NCBI GenBank assembly: GCA_951406725.2
Contig: OX597817.1
Location: 37,448,001 to 37,512,000 of the forward strand
Direction: 5' to 3'
From: Octopus vulgaris
Taxonomy: Eukaryota
Length of the DNA stretch: 64,000 bases
Both the position numbers and the translations under genes were made by a program. Position 1 is the stretch's first letter. Each line of letters opens with the position of its first letter. The notes under the pieces were generated by a model. That model did no database searches, was not told where the DNA came from, and saw only the letters and a list, made by a program, of their open reading frames with translations. Below, in pieces: positions 1 through 11,895 of this stretch.

Positions 1-205
1 ACTCTCTCTTTTACTCTTGTTTCAGTCATTTGACTGCAACCATGCTGGAGCACCACCTTTAGTCGAGCAAATCAGCCCCAGGACTTATTCTTTGTAAGCC
101 TAGTACTTATTCTATCGGTCTCTTTTGCCGAACCGCTAAGTTACGGGGACGTAAACACACCACCATCGGTTGTCAAGCGATGTTGGGGGGACAAACACAC
201 ACACA

Positions 206-287
<82 letters not shown>

Positions 288-453
288 TACGACGGGCTTC
301 TTTTAGTTTCCGTCTACCAAATCCACTTACAAGGCTTTGGTCAGCCCGAGACTATAGTAGAAGACACTTGCCCAAAGTGCCACGCAGCAGGACTGAACCC
401 GGAACCATGTGGGTGGTAAGCAAGCTACTTACCACACAGCCACTCCTGCGCCT
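1..453 (-). mobile_element. tRNA-derived SINE, family A (my label), with internal (TA)n(TG)n microsatellite
   Basis: Minus-strand head AGGCGCAGGAGTGGCTGTGTGG (A box) and GGTTCAGTCC (B box), then CORE-like TTGGGCAAGTGTCTT and a GACTGAAACAAG...AAAAGAG tail; 6+ copies in the window. Confidence 0.85.
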
Positions 454-583
454 ATTGTAGAAGATTTAGAAGCTTTCACAATACCGTACACATTGTACAA
501 CCTGTAAAGCTTCCGATGCACATTTATATCCATTTATACCGCATATTACAACGGATTCTTGCTTTCACACGTGTTAAGTGTAC

Positions 584-811
584 CTTTTTGTTTACTACCC
601 ACAAGGGGCTAAACACAGAGGGGACAAACAAGGACAGACAAACGGACTAAGTCGATTACATCGACCCCAGTGCGTAACTGGTACTTATTTAATCGACCCC
701 GAAAGGATGAAAGGCAAAGTCGACCACGGCGGAATTTGCACTCAGAACGTAGCGGCAGACGAAATACCGCTTAGCATTTCGCCTGGCGTGCTAACGATTC
801 TGTCAGCTCGC
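584..811 (-). mobile_element. SINE family B, tail type 1, with 16-bp target-site duplication (TSD)
   Basis: GGCGAGCTG..AGAA head and CCTTTCATCCTTTCGGGGTCGAT body; CACGTGTTAAGTGTAC at 568-583 and 812-827. Confidence 0.88.
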
Positions 812-1389
812 CACGTGTTAAGTGTACTGCATTGCTATTAAGTCCAGGAGGTGTTATTAAGTTAGACATGGCCTGGGCCAATACTGGCCGAAACCTATCA
901 AAGTATCAACGTATATATTAAGCATAAGTTTCCTCTATGCTATGCACTACAGTAACATTTTCCATTCTACCGTGTATTAATTGTTCTGCAAAGAAATCTA
1001 AAATATATCGTATATTAATGGCTTTTACTGTTTTGTTTTACAGTTTTTCGCGTTGCTCCTTTTAATGCTGATTGTCTTGATGATTGGAGGAATAATAGCG
1101 TACGTTTTTCGGGGAGAGGTGAGTACCAACACTTGAGAGTTTCTGCTTTTTTCACACGTTTATATACACAAAAATGTATTAATATATTTCAATAGAGAAA
1201 CACAGTCACATGCTTTCTTATTTGTCGCTCTAATTCTGTATTTATCTCTATCTATAGTTGTACTTTTTGTGCGTGAGTGTGTTTGTTTTATGCATAATTA
1301 TATATATATAATCGCAGCGTGGAAGGTGTTTGTAAGCCATTTAAGAAACACACAAAAGCCGTTCGATTCACTTCAACATTCAAGTTTAA

Positions 1390-1440
1390 TTTGTCAAAAT
1401 ATTTTCTTCGCTTTAAGACCGCGACCTGTTCACTGACAAA
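1390..1440 (-). ncRNA. Inverted copy of the G3:C8 hammerhead-like motif
   Basis: Reverse complement of 1479-1529 with one stem II mismatch at 1407. Confidence 0.5.
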
Positions 1441-1478
1441 AATCCGTACTGCATACTTTCTCAGATGCAGCACGGATT

Positions 1479-1529
1479 TTTGTCAGTGAACAGGTCGCGG
1501 TCTTAAAGCGACGAAAATATTTTGACAAA
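1479..1529 (+). ncRNA. Minimal type-I hammerhead ribozyme-like motif, G3:C8 core variant
   Basis: UUUGUCA-GUGAACA-G-GUCGC-GGUCUUAAA-GCGAC-GAAA-AUAU-UU-UGACAAA: 7-bp stem I, 5-bp stem II, palindromic stem III. Confidence 0.6.
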
Positions 1530-1770
1530 TTAAACTTAAATGTTGGAGTGAATCTAACAGCTTTTGTGAGTTTCTTAAATGGCTTACAAACACCTTCCAC
1601 ACTGCAATTATTTTCGTTTCAGCACACGATTTCAGATCAAATCACTTGCTATGCAAGTACATCTCCTATATATATAGTTAATCCAAACAAGAAAGCTAAA
1701 AAAAAACAACGCGAGGACGTGGAACAAATATAGTATTATTGAACGCTCAGGAAAGAAGGAAAGAAAGAGG

Positions 1771-1805
1771 GTTTAACGTTTCGAGCGGAGCTCTTCGTCG
1801 GAAAC
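1771..1805 (-). ncRNA. Minimal hammerhead-like motif with CCGACGA core in a (TA)n-flanked repeat at about 1678-1878
   Basis: GUUU-CCGACGA-A-GAGC-UCC-GCUC-GAAA-CG-UU-AAAC; palindromic AACGUU stem III. Confidence 0.5.
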
Positions 1806-1877
1806 ATAGAAGGAAAGATCCAGAGAAGGGAAGACAGAGGGGAAAAAATCGCCAACGGTACACACGCGGTCACATTT

Positions 1878-1930
<53 letters not shown>

Positions 1931-2165
1931 TATTTATTACTATCGTACAGTTTACAATTTTGTTTATAAATTCCGTTTCCTAAGCATATTTCGGTAGTTA
2001 GAAACGGAGAGTTGTGTGATAATCCCGATGAGAAATAAATAACACTTGTCCGTTTTATCATTAGTAAACAAGCTGCCGGAAATTATTTCATCTTATCACG
2101 AGACATAATTTATATTCTTTTAGAACATATAAATTTTATTCCATATGTATATATATAAACACATA

Positions 2166-2845
2166 CGAGATAGTATCAAAAGGCTCCAGAACTAGTTATG
2201 TTTAATGAAAAATAACTTATTTACCAAAGTTTTCAACATTATCTCTTACGATATAATCACCTTGGATTATATACACCGGTCCCAGCGATCCTGTTTGGAA
2301 GTGGTTTTCCAGCGATCCGGTTTGGAAGTGGTTTTCCAGCGATCCGGTTTGGAAGTGGTTTTCCAGCGATCCGGTTTGGAAGTGGTTTTCCAGCGATCCG
2401 GTTTGGAAGTGGTTTTCCGTAAGCGAGTCAAGGACTTTCTGCGATTAGCTGTGGATCTCGACAATGGTGTTAAAACGGCGACCTTTCAGCTGCATTTTCA
2501 TCTTGGGGAAGGGATTGGAAGTCCGTAGGTGCTAAATTTGGTGAATAGGGCAGGTACGAAAGCGATGATACAATGTTGCTTTTGGCGAGAGGCACTCGAG
2601 TGAGGAGAGTTCGGGTACAGGGTGCATTGTCGTTGTGAAGAATCTGATCGTTCGTACTCCACAGATCTGGTCACTTTCACCGAATGTTCTCCCTCAAACG
2701 CTTCAACACGTCGCAGTAGGGGGCGAATTCTCGATTCACAATACCACATCTCAGGGGGTGACGCTCGTGGCAACTTTTCCAGAACGCTCATCGTCTTCCA
2801 GTGATGTTCTTCCTCTTTTCAAGCGCCGTATTACTCGAAACATGA
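2166..2845 (-). mobile_element. Decayed mariner fragment, same family as 33369-34799
   Basis: TA followed by TIR CGAGATAGTATCAAAAGGCTCCAGAACTAGT; internal sequence matches the transposase region of the 33.4-34.8 kb copy. Confidence 0.75.
2283..2417. repeat. 27-bp minisatellite, 5 copies, inside the mariner fragment
   Basis: CAGCGATCCGGTTTGGAAGTGGTTTTC x5, one substitution in copy 1. Confidence 0.95.
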
Positions 2846-4047
2846 CGGTTATTCCAACCTCTAACTCGACTAACCTTTTATATATACATGTATGTATATA
2901 TATATATTATACGTGTGTATGTATATATGATATTGTAAATGTTATATATCATTTAAATGCTAAAAGGACTTCTTAATTACCTTATACACGTGTGTGTGTT
3001 TACATACGTACTTATTTCTAAACACACGCGCGTGCGCGCGCGCACGCACGCACACACACACACATATATATATGTAATGTGTATTCATATATGTATTCAT
3101 AAACACACACACAAGCACACACACAAACACAGACACCTATATATATGCACGTGCACATACAAAAATGCCTACATATGTGTGAGTGTGTGTATATGCATTC
3201 GCAAGGCTCTGTGTGTGTGTGTCTGTGTGTGTGTGTGTGTGTGCGTATGTGAATTGAACTCTATCCTGTTCTAGCGTGTGCATTTGGTATTGAGGTCACA
3301 CGTCCCCAAGGAGTTTCTTCTACGAATCGAAATAGTGGCAATCAGTTGCTCATCTCGGATCCTCATTAACTTGAGTGTTAAAGCAAAACAAATTAAGGTT
3401 CAATTATTTTTGCGTACACAAAATAGATTATTACTGCGGTGATAATGTGATTTCTCCGTGCACACTGTCGAATTTGGAATGCAAATGCAACAAATATCTT
3501 CAGATACCACATACAATATTGATCGAACGTCACCCCACCTACGACTGTCGTATGCAACATGTCACTGAACAGTATTCAGATCAATAAATTATGGTGTTGT
3601 TTAAGCATCATAGAGATTTGATAAGACCAAGTAAATCGAGGCTGTTATGAATCTTTAAATCACACGATATACTACATACAGGTGCATATTCTCTAATGAG
3701 TTTAGTATGTCACTAAGGAGAGTCTAAGGTAAATCGAAATATTGTGATCTAGTTATTCACCACTGGCTTTCAAGACATTAATATTTCAATGAAAATAACT
3801 TAATTCTATGTTTACCTATACAAAATAGACTGTTGTAGTTAAATATGTTTCTTCTAATTTAGAGTAGAATGGCTTCTGTCGGGTTCACTTTCATACAGCA
3901 CGCAACATGAAGACGAAAGCTGCTGTTGATCCAAGTTTCCGCTGATGGTTACTTAGCTTTTATGGAGAATATTGCATACAAAGAAAGTTAGTCATTAAGC
4001 TAAAAGAAAATATAACCAATTACTAACGGTGGGTATCATAATGTAAA

Positions 4048-4247
4048 GGCGGCGAGCTGGTAGAAACGCTAGCACGCCGGGCGAAATGCGTAGCCGCATT
4101 TCGTCTGCCGTTACGTTCTGATTTCAAATTCCGCCGAGGTTGACTTTGCCTTTCATCCTTTCGGGGTCGATAAATTAAGTGCCAGTTACGCACTGGGGGT
4201 CGATGTAATCGACTCAATCCGTTTGTCTGTCCTTGTTTGTCCCCTCT
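4048..4247 (+). mobile_element. SINE family B, tail type 1 (incomplete)
   Basis: Near-identical to other B copies. Confidence 0.85.
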
Positions 4248-4704
4248 TCGATTAACCGGACTGTAGTCTTCATATTTAATTACATATTTCTTGGTTAAGT
4301 TCAAACATGCTTAAACATGAGACTCAAAGTTACCATTTATACTTCCAATATCTAATCGCATAGATATATTTGGATTTATTCAAACGTTAATTCATCTACA
4401 ACTATAAGTCTTGTTCCGATCCTGGCCCAGCCAATGTTAAATAATGGAATTATTTCGCGTTAGAAGAGAATAAGGTTTAATGTTTCGGACAAGGGCTTTT
4501 CAACCGAGAAGAGTATATATCAACCGCATAGATGGTAGGGAAGATTAAGATAAAGAAAGTGTTCAATTCTTGGAACAACTAGAATGATTAACATATTTCT
4601 TTATGAATTGTATTTATGTCCAGTCTTAAAACATCAATCTAAACTTTAATGAAGATCATCTGCTGATAAAAATGATGCCACATCAACAGAAAAAAATAGA
4701 GGTG

Positions 4705-5020
4705 GTTGTTGTTGTTTAATCCCAGGTCAATACAGATCGAGCAGAACTACAACCAAAGCATCACAATAATCACCGTCCCATCTATTTTAGCCCCACTTCA
4801 GTGCACGCTATTCCATTTATTTCATTCAGATAGAATATCTGAGACCACATTCGTCCAAGATATTCAAGCCATGACCTCTGTCTTTCGTAGGGATAGTGTA
4901 CCACGGACTACATTATTTAATGTATCACTTTTTAAGGCGGTGAGGTATGATTTAAGGGATATTTGACGGCTTGATTCCTAACATCTCAGAGGCAACGTAG
5001 ATGCTCACTTCATTGGCGCA
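4705..5020 (-). mobile_element. Old degenerate SINE-like repeat, family E
   Basis: (GTT)n followed by TAA.CCCAGGTCAA..C.GATCGAGCAGA; related fragments at 43990-44150, 45955-46060, 49070-49340 and 51440-52690. Confidence 0.45.
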
Positions 5021-5109
5021 CTAGCAAAAGAGACAAATTGATGCTCTTTTCTGAATCATACACATTCATAGAAAGGGTTTCCCAGATTTTGTGGCATATA
5101 TAATCCACC

Positions 5110-5275
5110 TCCAGCGGGACGCCAGTCTGTTACAGGAATACTTATTTTTGATAGCTGAGGGAACTGGAGGAACGTGAAATGAAGTTGTTTGCTTAAGAAC
5201 TCAACTCACCGCTCCGCCTAAGAATCGAAACTGCAATCTCACAATCATGACTGCAACACCCCTAATCACTTCGGC
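5110..5275 (-). mobile_element. Degenerate SINE family D
   Basis: GGACGCCAGTC...GCTGAG.GAACTGGAG.AACGTGAAATGAAGT...GAATCGAAAC matches D copies. Confidence 0.6.
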
Positions 5276-5457
5276 TAGAGTGGCAAGTTAACCTGAGATT
5301 ATTTAATCTACTTCCTTTTTGAAGTCTGTAAAGTTGTAGAATAAAATGGATTGGGGGTTGGCAGTACAGGTACAACAGTACTTATTTATGTTCGCGTTGT
5401 GACTCTGATTCCCGCCTAGGTCAATGTTTTTCTATTCTTATTCTAAAGAACGATAAA

Positions 5458-5785
5458 GGCGGCCACCTTACAGAATCGTTAACATATCGAGCAAAATGTC
5501 TAGCGGCATTTCGTCCATCCTTATGCTCTGAGTTCAAATTCCGCCCAGGTTGACTTTGCCTTTCCTCCTTTCGGGGTCGTAGCATAAGTACCATCTGACA
5601 AACGAGGGTCAATGTAATTGACTTACCCCCATCTCGAAATTGCTGGCCTTGTGTCAAAATTTGAAACCAATTATACAAAGTTTTTTAAGGTCGATAAAAT
5701 CAGCATCACCAACTGGGAGTCAATGTAATCGAATACTTCCCCAACTAAATTTTCAGACCTTGCGCTTATATATGAAAAGATTATC
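5458..5785 (+). mobile_element. SINE family B (tail type 3) followed by a partial second copy
   Basis: B head and body; tail GAAATTGCTGGCCTTGTGTCAAAATTTGAAACC. Confidence 0.7.
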
Positions 5786-5906
5786 TTAGAGGTAGATAAA
5801 ATAAATAGCAGCGATGATTTATAGACGAGTATTAGCCTACTCGCAAACTTACCACTTAACAAAATCTATGGGAATAGCAACCAAATCTCTTTCACATCAC
5901 ATTCTA

Positions 5907-6453
5907 TTGGGTTGTCCGGAAAGTTCGTGCCGATCTATAGTAGCTTACATTTCGACTTATTTTAGAACATGGTTGAGTCCATAAAATAGGATTTGATTAC
6001 ACCTCCATTTAGAGCACAGTTTAAGCTATCTTTTCGTCGAAGAAGGTTTATGTTCCTATAACCTGTGTTAATTCTGTAACCATTTAAAATGGAAGATAGG
6101 AAAGTTCATTTTCGGCACTTGATGCTTTGAGAAACAGACAAAAATGGCTGCAGCTTGGCTGGGATGTTCACCAGATATTGCTCCTTCGGATTTCCACTCA
6201 TTCATGTCTCTGCAGGATAGTCTTAATGGTAAAAATTTCAATTCCTTCGATGGCGTAAAAAGATACCTTGATGAGTTCTTTGCCATGAAACCACCTCAAT
6301 TCTGGGAAGAGGGTATTTTCGAGTTAATGGAAAGATGGAGACGCATTGTGCAACAAAATGGTTCATATTTGGTTGATTAAAAATGTAATGGCAAGTATTT
6401 ATTGTCCTTTTTCTTTCCTTTAAAAATGGGCACGAACTTTCCGGACAACCCGA
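5907..6453 (+). mobile_element. Non-autonomous internally deleted mariner, mellifera-subfamily-like
   Basis: About 25-bp TIRs TTGGGTTGTCCGGAAAGTTCGTGCC, TA on both sides; transposase start MEDRKVHFRHLML joined to the C-terminus SPDIAPSDF...ERWRRIVQQNGSYLVD. Confidence 0.92.
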
Positions 6454-8087
6454 TACTTTCTTAAGCAAAGAAGGTTATATTCGTTATTGTAATCTGAAGT
6501 ACAAATAGATTCAATCGTTACACCTTGAACGATGCTTTAATCACAGACCTGCTTGATCAGCGTTGACCATGGGCTAAATAATAACAAAACACCATCATTG
6601 TTTTATTACAGTGAAGATATAAACCCAACAGCTTATATGATAAATCTGCAGAAGTATTTTATATTTACTTTGCCAATTAAATATGAATCATAAATCAAAA
6701 TAATCACCAATGGAATATGTGATAAGAACGATCGACTGACAGCAATTGTCTGTATGTATATTAAAAGTATAAAGCAATAAAGTTTGTGCAATAAATCTTT
6801 CAATGTAGTGGATTCATATTCTTAACTCCGGAGTAAAACTAATGTGAAACATCATAAAATACAAAAATGTCCTAATTAAATTAATATACAAGTAATTTAA
6901 AGTTTCTGCACAGATATGATAATTAATAATCACTACACAAACTCAAACACACAAAAAAACACACTTATGCGTTTATCTATGGCTTGGGTGCTTGTGTGTG
7001 TGCATGTGTGTATGTGCATGTGTGTATATGTGTATGTACATGTATGTGTGATTGTATTTTTAAAGCTGCATATTAAATCATCTAATTATTTAAATGGTGA
7101 TCGGAAAGAATGTAAATTTAATCAAGTAGATAAACATTTGTTGGAATTATTTTGTGCGTACACGCACGCACACACATGCACACGCACACATACACACAAA
7201 TATACATAGTGTATGAGTGAGTTGGGTGATTCATAGTGTGGTTGAAGCATTGTTATGGGCTACTATTTTATGCTGCTGGTCAGGGTCAAAATGAAATCAG
7301 CGGTCTCACATCCCACTCAATTCAATACGCAGAAGCAAAATACTCGTCAGATTTACTATTGATACAGCTTACTCCAAGAATTTGTTTCTACCCTTTTGGT
7401 ACCGTCCAGTGGATAAAAAGTTCTATTTATCATCTTGTCAGCTGATGACTTACTGACATGACTCCGATATCATACACATACTTACACGCACATATTTATG
7501 TGAGAAGAAAGTTTATTGCATGTTGTAGAGGATAAGTTGCTTTCATTTCATTGAAAAGGTAACTGACCGCGTGTCTGTATACACGAGTTTCATGCCGTTG
7601 CTATCACCACTGAGTTCTCGCCTGAAGCTCGCAGATGCGTGTAACTCGAGTTGCGCGAAAATCTCTCATTTTCAAAAACGTTAGATTTATAAATATGTAT
7701 GTGTGTATGTATGTATGTATGTATGTATGTATGTATGTATGTCTATGTATTTTTGTATGTATGTATGTATGTATGTATGTATGTATGTATGTATGTGTAT
7801 ACTAAATTCTGCTCACACTATGTTGATGGGCTCGAGGCTAACATAGAAAAAATTTGCACAAATCTTCTATACTTTAGTAGTAACTACACAGCTATAATTG
7901 TGCCTAGGCTTTTATAAGAATAAATTCGAATTGTCTTAATTCAACGTAATCTTATTTAAAGCACTGACGAAGCGAATTAGATATATATACTGTAAGACAT
8001 ATTTTTCGTAATATCGTGCTAAACTAAATGTATAATAAGATAAGTGGGTAATTTCAACAAAATGGCAGTACTGAAAAGAAATCTTCG

Positions 8088-8160
8088 ACTATATATATAT
8101 ATAAATATATATATGCATGTGTGTGTGCGTGGTGTGTGTATGTGGAAAGATATACATATG

Positions 8161-8244
<84 letters not shown>

Positions 8245-8368
8245 TATGTATATATGTATATATATATATATATGTGTGTATATATATATATATGTATATA
8301 TGTATATATATATATATATGTATATATATGTATATATGTATATATATATGTATGTATATATGTATATA

Positions 8369-8404
<36 letters not shown>

Positions 8405-8570
8405 CACACGCACACATATAAACACATACATATACATATACAATATTTTTACACAGACATAATTATATGTGTATATGTATATATAAATATATATGTATAC
8501 GTGCATATATATATGTGTATCTGTGTACACTTTCATATATTCGTGTATATATTCATACATACATACATAT
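8088..8570. repeat. Compound (TA)n/(TG)n microsatellite
   Basis: Direct reading. Confidence 0.9.
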
Positions 8571-8712
8571 ATTAACCTTAAGATAATGACGTTTTAAAAA
8601 AAATTAATTTATTGCTGACAATTCAACAATTATCTGCTTCTATCATCTTTGGCTGACTGAAAACTATTCATTATTTAATTAACGCCAAACATCTATGCAT
8701 GTGTATGTATGT

Positions 8713-8764
<52 letters not shown>

Positions 8765-9189
8765 TTAAGTATTTATGAATTTATCATCGTCTGTAAATAT
8801 GTGTGTGTGTGTATTTGTGCCAATGTGTATGTATGCTTAGTTACGTATGGATGGATGTTTATGTACATGTATGCATATGTGTGTTTCTATAAATATATGT
8901 ACGTGTATATGAACGCTACAATGTCCCAATGGTTAATTGTTTTCTTCTTTGTGATACAGTTTCTGGTTCGATACCATTGTAGGGAAGCTTGGGCATGTGT
9001 CATTTTCCCATAGCTATTGTCGAGCCAATCCTTGTAAATGAGACTCGATAAATAGAAACTACGAAATGCACTAATGTGTTGCAAGCTTTGTAACATATTG
9101 TTCTAGCCTGATTTTTTTCCTGAAGTTTACATTTAGGGTTCATGTATTTGTGAAGAACTCGATCATTTTCATTACAAGCCATTAGCTGG

Positions 9190-9505
9190 CTCTCCCTCGG
9201 TTACGATGACGAGTATTCCAGTTGATCCAATGAACAGAACAGCCTGCTCTTGAAATTTTACGTGCAAATGGCTTACTACTTCACAGACATGTGAACATTT
9301 AACGTAGTTCTCTGGGAGATTCAGCGTGACATAGAATGACAAGGCTGGCACTTGAAATCTAGGTACGACCCATTTTTTGCCAGCCGTGTGGACTAGATCA
9401 ACGTAAAATAAAGTCTCGTACTCAAAGGCACAAAGCGCCGCCGGGAATCGAACTCACGACTTTACGATAGAGAGACGAATACTCCTAATCACTAAGCCAT
9501 GCGTC
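9190..9505 (-). mobile_element. SINE with family D head and alternative tail (D')
   Basis: Head GCATGGCTTAGTGATTAG...GTGAGTTCGATTCCCGG; tail shared with 21345-21637 and 40980-41130. Confidence 0.7.
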
Positions 9506-9591
9506 TTTATCCATAAAAGGGAACCAGTAGGGATATATTCATAAATGTATGTGTATGTAGCTATGTACATATGTATATGTTTGTGAGCTAG

Positions 9592-9823
9592 GGCGGCGAG
9601 CTGGCAGAAACGTTAGCACGCCGGGGCAAAATGCTTAGCGGTATTTCATCTGCCGTTATATTCTGAGTTCAAATTCTGCCGCGGTCGACTCTACCTTTCA
9701 TCCTTTCGGGGTCGATAAACTAAGTACCAGTTACGCACTGGGGTCGAAGTAATCGACTTAATCACTTGTCTGTCTTTGTTTGTCCACTCTATGTTTAGCC
9801 CCTTGTGGGTAGTAAAGAAATAG
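9592..9823 (+). mobile_element. SINE family B, tail type 1, with 16-bp TSD
   Basis: GTATATGTTTGTGAGC at 9573-9588 and 9824-9839. Confidence 0.88.
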
Positions 9824-10894
9824 GTATATGTTTGTGAGCATATGGGGCGGGGGCGATATCTCAACCTAACTCCTCCTGTTCCCCCTCTGGCCTGGTACCT
9901 ATCGGATATTTAAATTTAGTCACTGCTTGTTTGTAACTTGTAGTTCTTTTTCAACTGTCTCACAATGTGTTTGCTTATCATTCTTGCCTCGTGAGGTGCA
10001 TCTACTGATTGCACCTACAGTGTGACGTCATGCATTACCGAATACTGAAACATACGTAACAGATGAAATAAAGGTGCGCATCAAGTCATACATGTGTGTG
10101 TGTACATTTATCTGTATGAATATAAATGTACAATAAAATTGTTTAAATGAAAGAGAAATATTTCATTAATGTATGTGCGTGTGTGTGTACGAGTGTCTTA
10201 CCACTTGAATAGAATTTTGAAAAAAAAAATGAATATAATTATATTACTGTTGTTGTTGTTCTTCAGTCTTGAAATCTCTATTGGTTTCGGTGTTGTTATA
10301 TAAAAGTTCACTGTATTATTTCTATGAAGAAAAAATGTCATAGAGCTTTGATCAATAACATGAAATATAAATGGCAATATGTAATGAGAAATGAGAGAAG
10401 AAACTGAAAAAGAGAGAGTAAACATGAGTAAAAGGAAGAACGACAGAAAGAACGAATGAAAAGAATTTTAGAATATAAAAGAAAGTTTTTTAAAAATTGT
10501 AAAGCGGATCATGAACAATGAATATAAGATAGAAATCGAGAAATCAAAGATGAAGAGTAAATATCACCGTTTATATCGACACTGAATTGCTGTCTTTATA
10601 TGGAATTCTTGAACGAAGTACAACGACGAGGATATAGATTTGTATAAAGAACATATTATCTCTACCAAAGATCAGCAACTTCTGCTGAAATCGTCCACTC
10701 TTGATTCCTGACATTTGCCCATGGCTTCCATATATATATATATATATATTATACATTTTTTTCTTGATCTCTCGGAATCATAAGGCTGGTTACCCGTTTT
10801 TTGTAGCGTATAAATATATAGGACAGAGATCACAATAGTCACCCTCAATCGGACGCCTGTTTATAATAGGGTTGTCAGTCATCACAGTTTTAAG

Positions 10895-11086
10895 GGAAAG
10901 AGACAAGTGGATTACGTCGACACTGGTAATCAACTGCTATTTTATTTTATCGACCCCCCACCCCCACCCCAAGGAATGAAAGGCATTGTTGATCTCAGCG
11001 GGATTTGAACTCAGAACGTAAAGAACTGGAAGAAATATCGCTAAGCATTTTGTCCGACGTGCAAACGATTCGGCCTGCTCGCTACC
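10895..11086 (-). mobile_element. Degenerate SINE family B
   Basis: TTTATCGACCCC...ATGAAAGGCA...GATTTGAACTCAGAACGTA. Confidence 0.65.
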
Positions 11087-11334
11087 TTATATTATACAAT
11101 AGCTTGCATTGTAAAATAAAAACATTCCCGAGTATCCCTCCACTGCATTTCCATAACTAACAGTACTTATCGTTTCTATTTTACAAACTCCAGTCATTGG
11201 TCGGCGACCATGCTGGGGCACTGCCTTGAAGGGTTTTAGTATATATATTTGTTTATAAAGTCTTGAACATATTCTATCAACGTTTCGGAGCCGTGAACAT
11301 AACATCATAGTTAATAAGCGGTGTGAGGACAAAC

Positions 11335-11378
11335 ACATACATACGTACATACATACATAATACATACATATATATATA

Positions 11379-11411
<33 letters not shown>

Positions 11412-11450
11412 GCATGCATACAAATATATATATATATATATATATATGCA

Positions 11451-11496
<46 letters not shown>

Positions 11497-11501
11497 TGCA
11501 T

Positions 11502-11546
<45 letters not shown>

Positions 11547-11551
11547 TGCAT

Positions 11552-11650
<99 letters not shown>

Positions 11651-11693
11651 TGCATACAAATATATATATATATATATATATATGCATGCATAC

Positions 11694-11730
<37 letters not shown>

Positions 11731-11735
11731 TGCAT

Positions 11736-11784
<49 letters not shown>

Positions 11785-11890
11785 TGCATACAAACATATA
11801 TATATAAATATATATATGCATGCATACAAACATATATATATATATGCATGCATACAAACATATATATATATATACACATATGCATACATA
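11335..11890. repeat. Higher-order microsatellite: (TA)n punctuated by TGCATGCA(TACAAA)
   Basis: About a dozen TGCATGCA-containing units with variable TA length. Confidence 0.9.
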
Positions 11891-11895
11891 TTATA

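Larger units (their letters stand above)
1309..1610. repeat. Long inverted repeat (146-bp arms, 10-bp spacer), probable inverted pLTR remnant of a Penelope-like element
   Basis: Arms 1309-1454 and 1465-1610 are near-perfect reverse complements; the right arm continues to about 1665; the unit is flanked by (TA)n and each arm holds a hammerhead-like motif. Confidence 0.8.

Noticed and set aside
2205-2528. ORF with QRSGLEVVF repeats; array superficially CRISPR-like
   Set aside because: Spacerless 27-bp tandem repeat inside a mariner; no cas genes, eukaryotic context
7962-7980. CTGACGA core-like word
   Set aside because: No stem II or GAAA follows
8019-8575. Long ORFs rich in YI/CV/HT (also 11087-12001, 17348-18426, 47563-48055)
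   Set aside because: Translations of dinucleotide microsatellites, which lack stops; not genes
10015-10072. GTGACGTCA...GAAACATACGTAACAG, hammerhead-like
   Set aside because: Core spacing is wrong and stems are mismatched; at best a very old relic
11270-11312. Minus-strand CCGAAACGTTGATAG, Penelope-like ending
   Set aside because: No recognisable core or stem II
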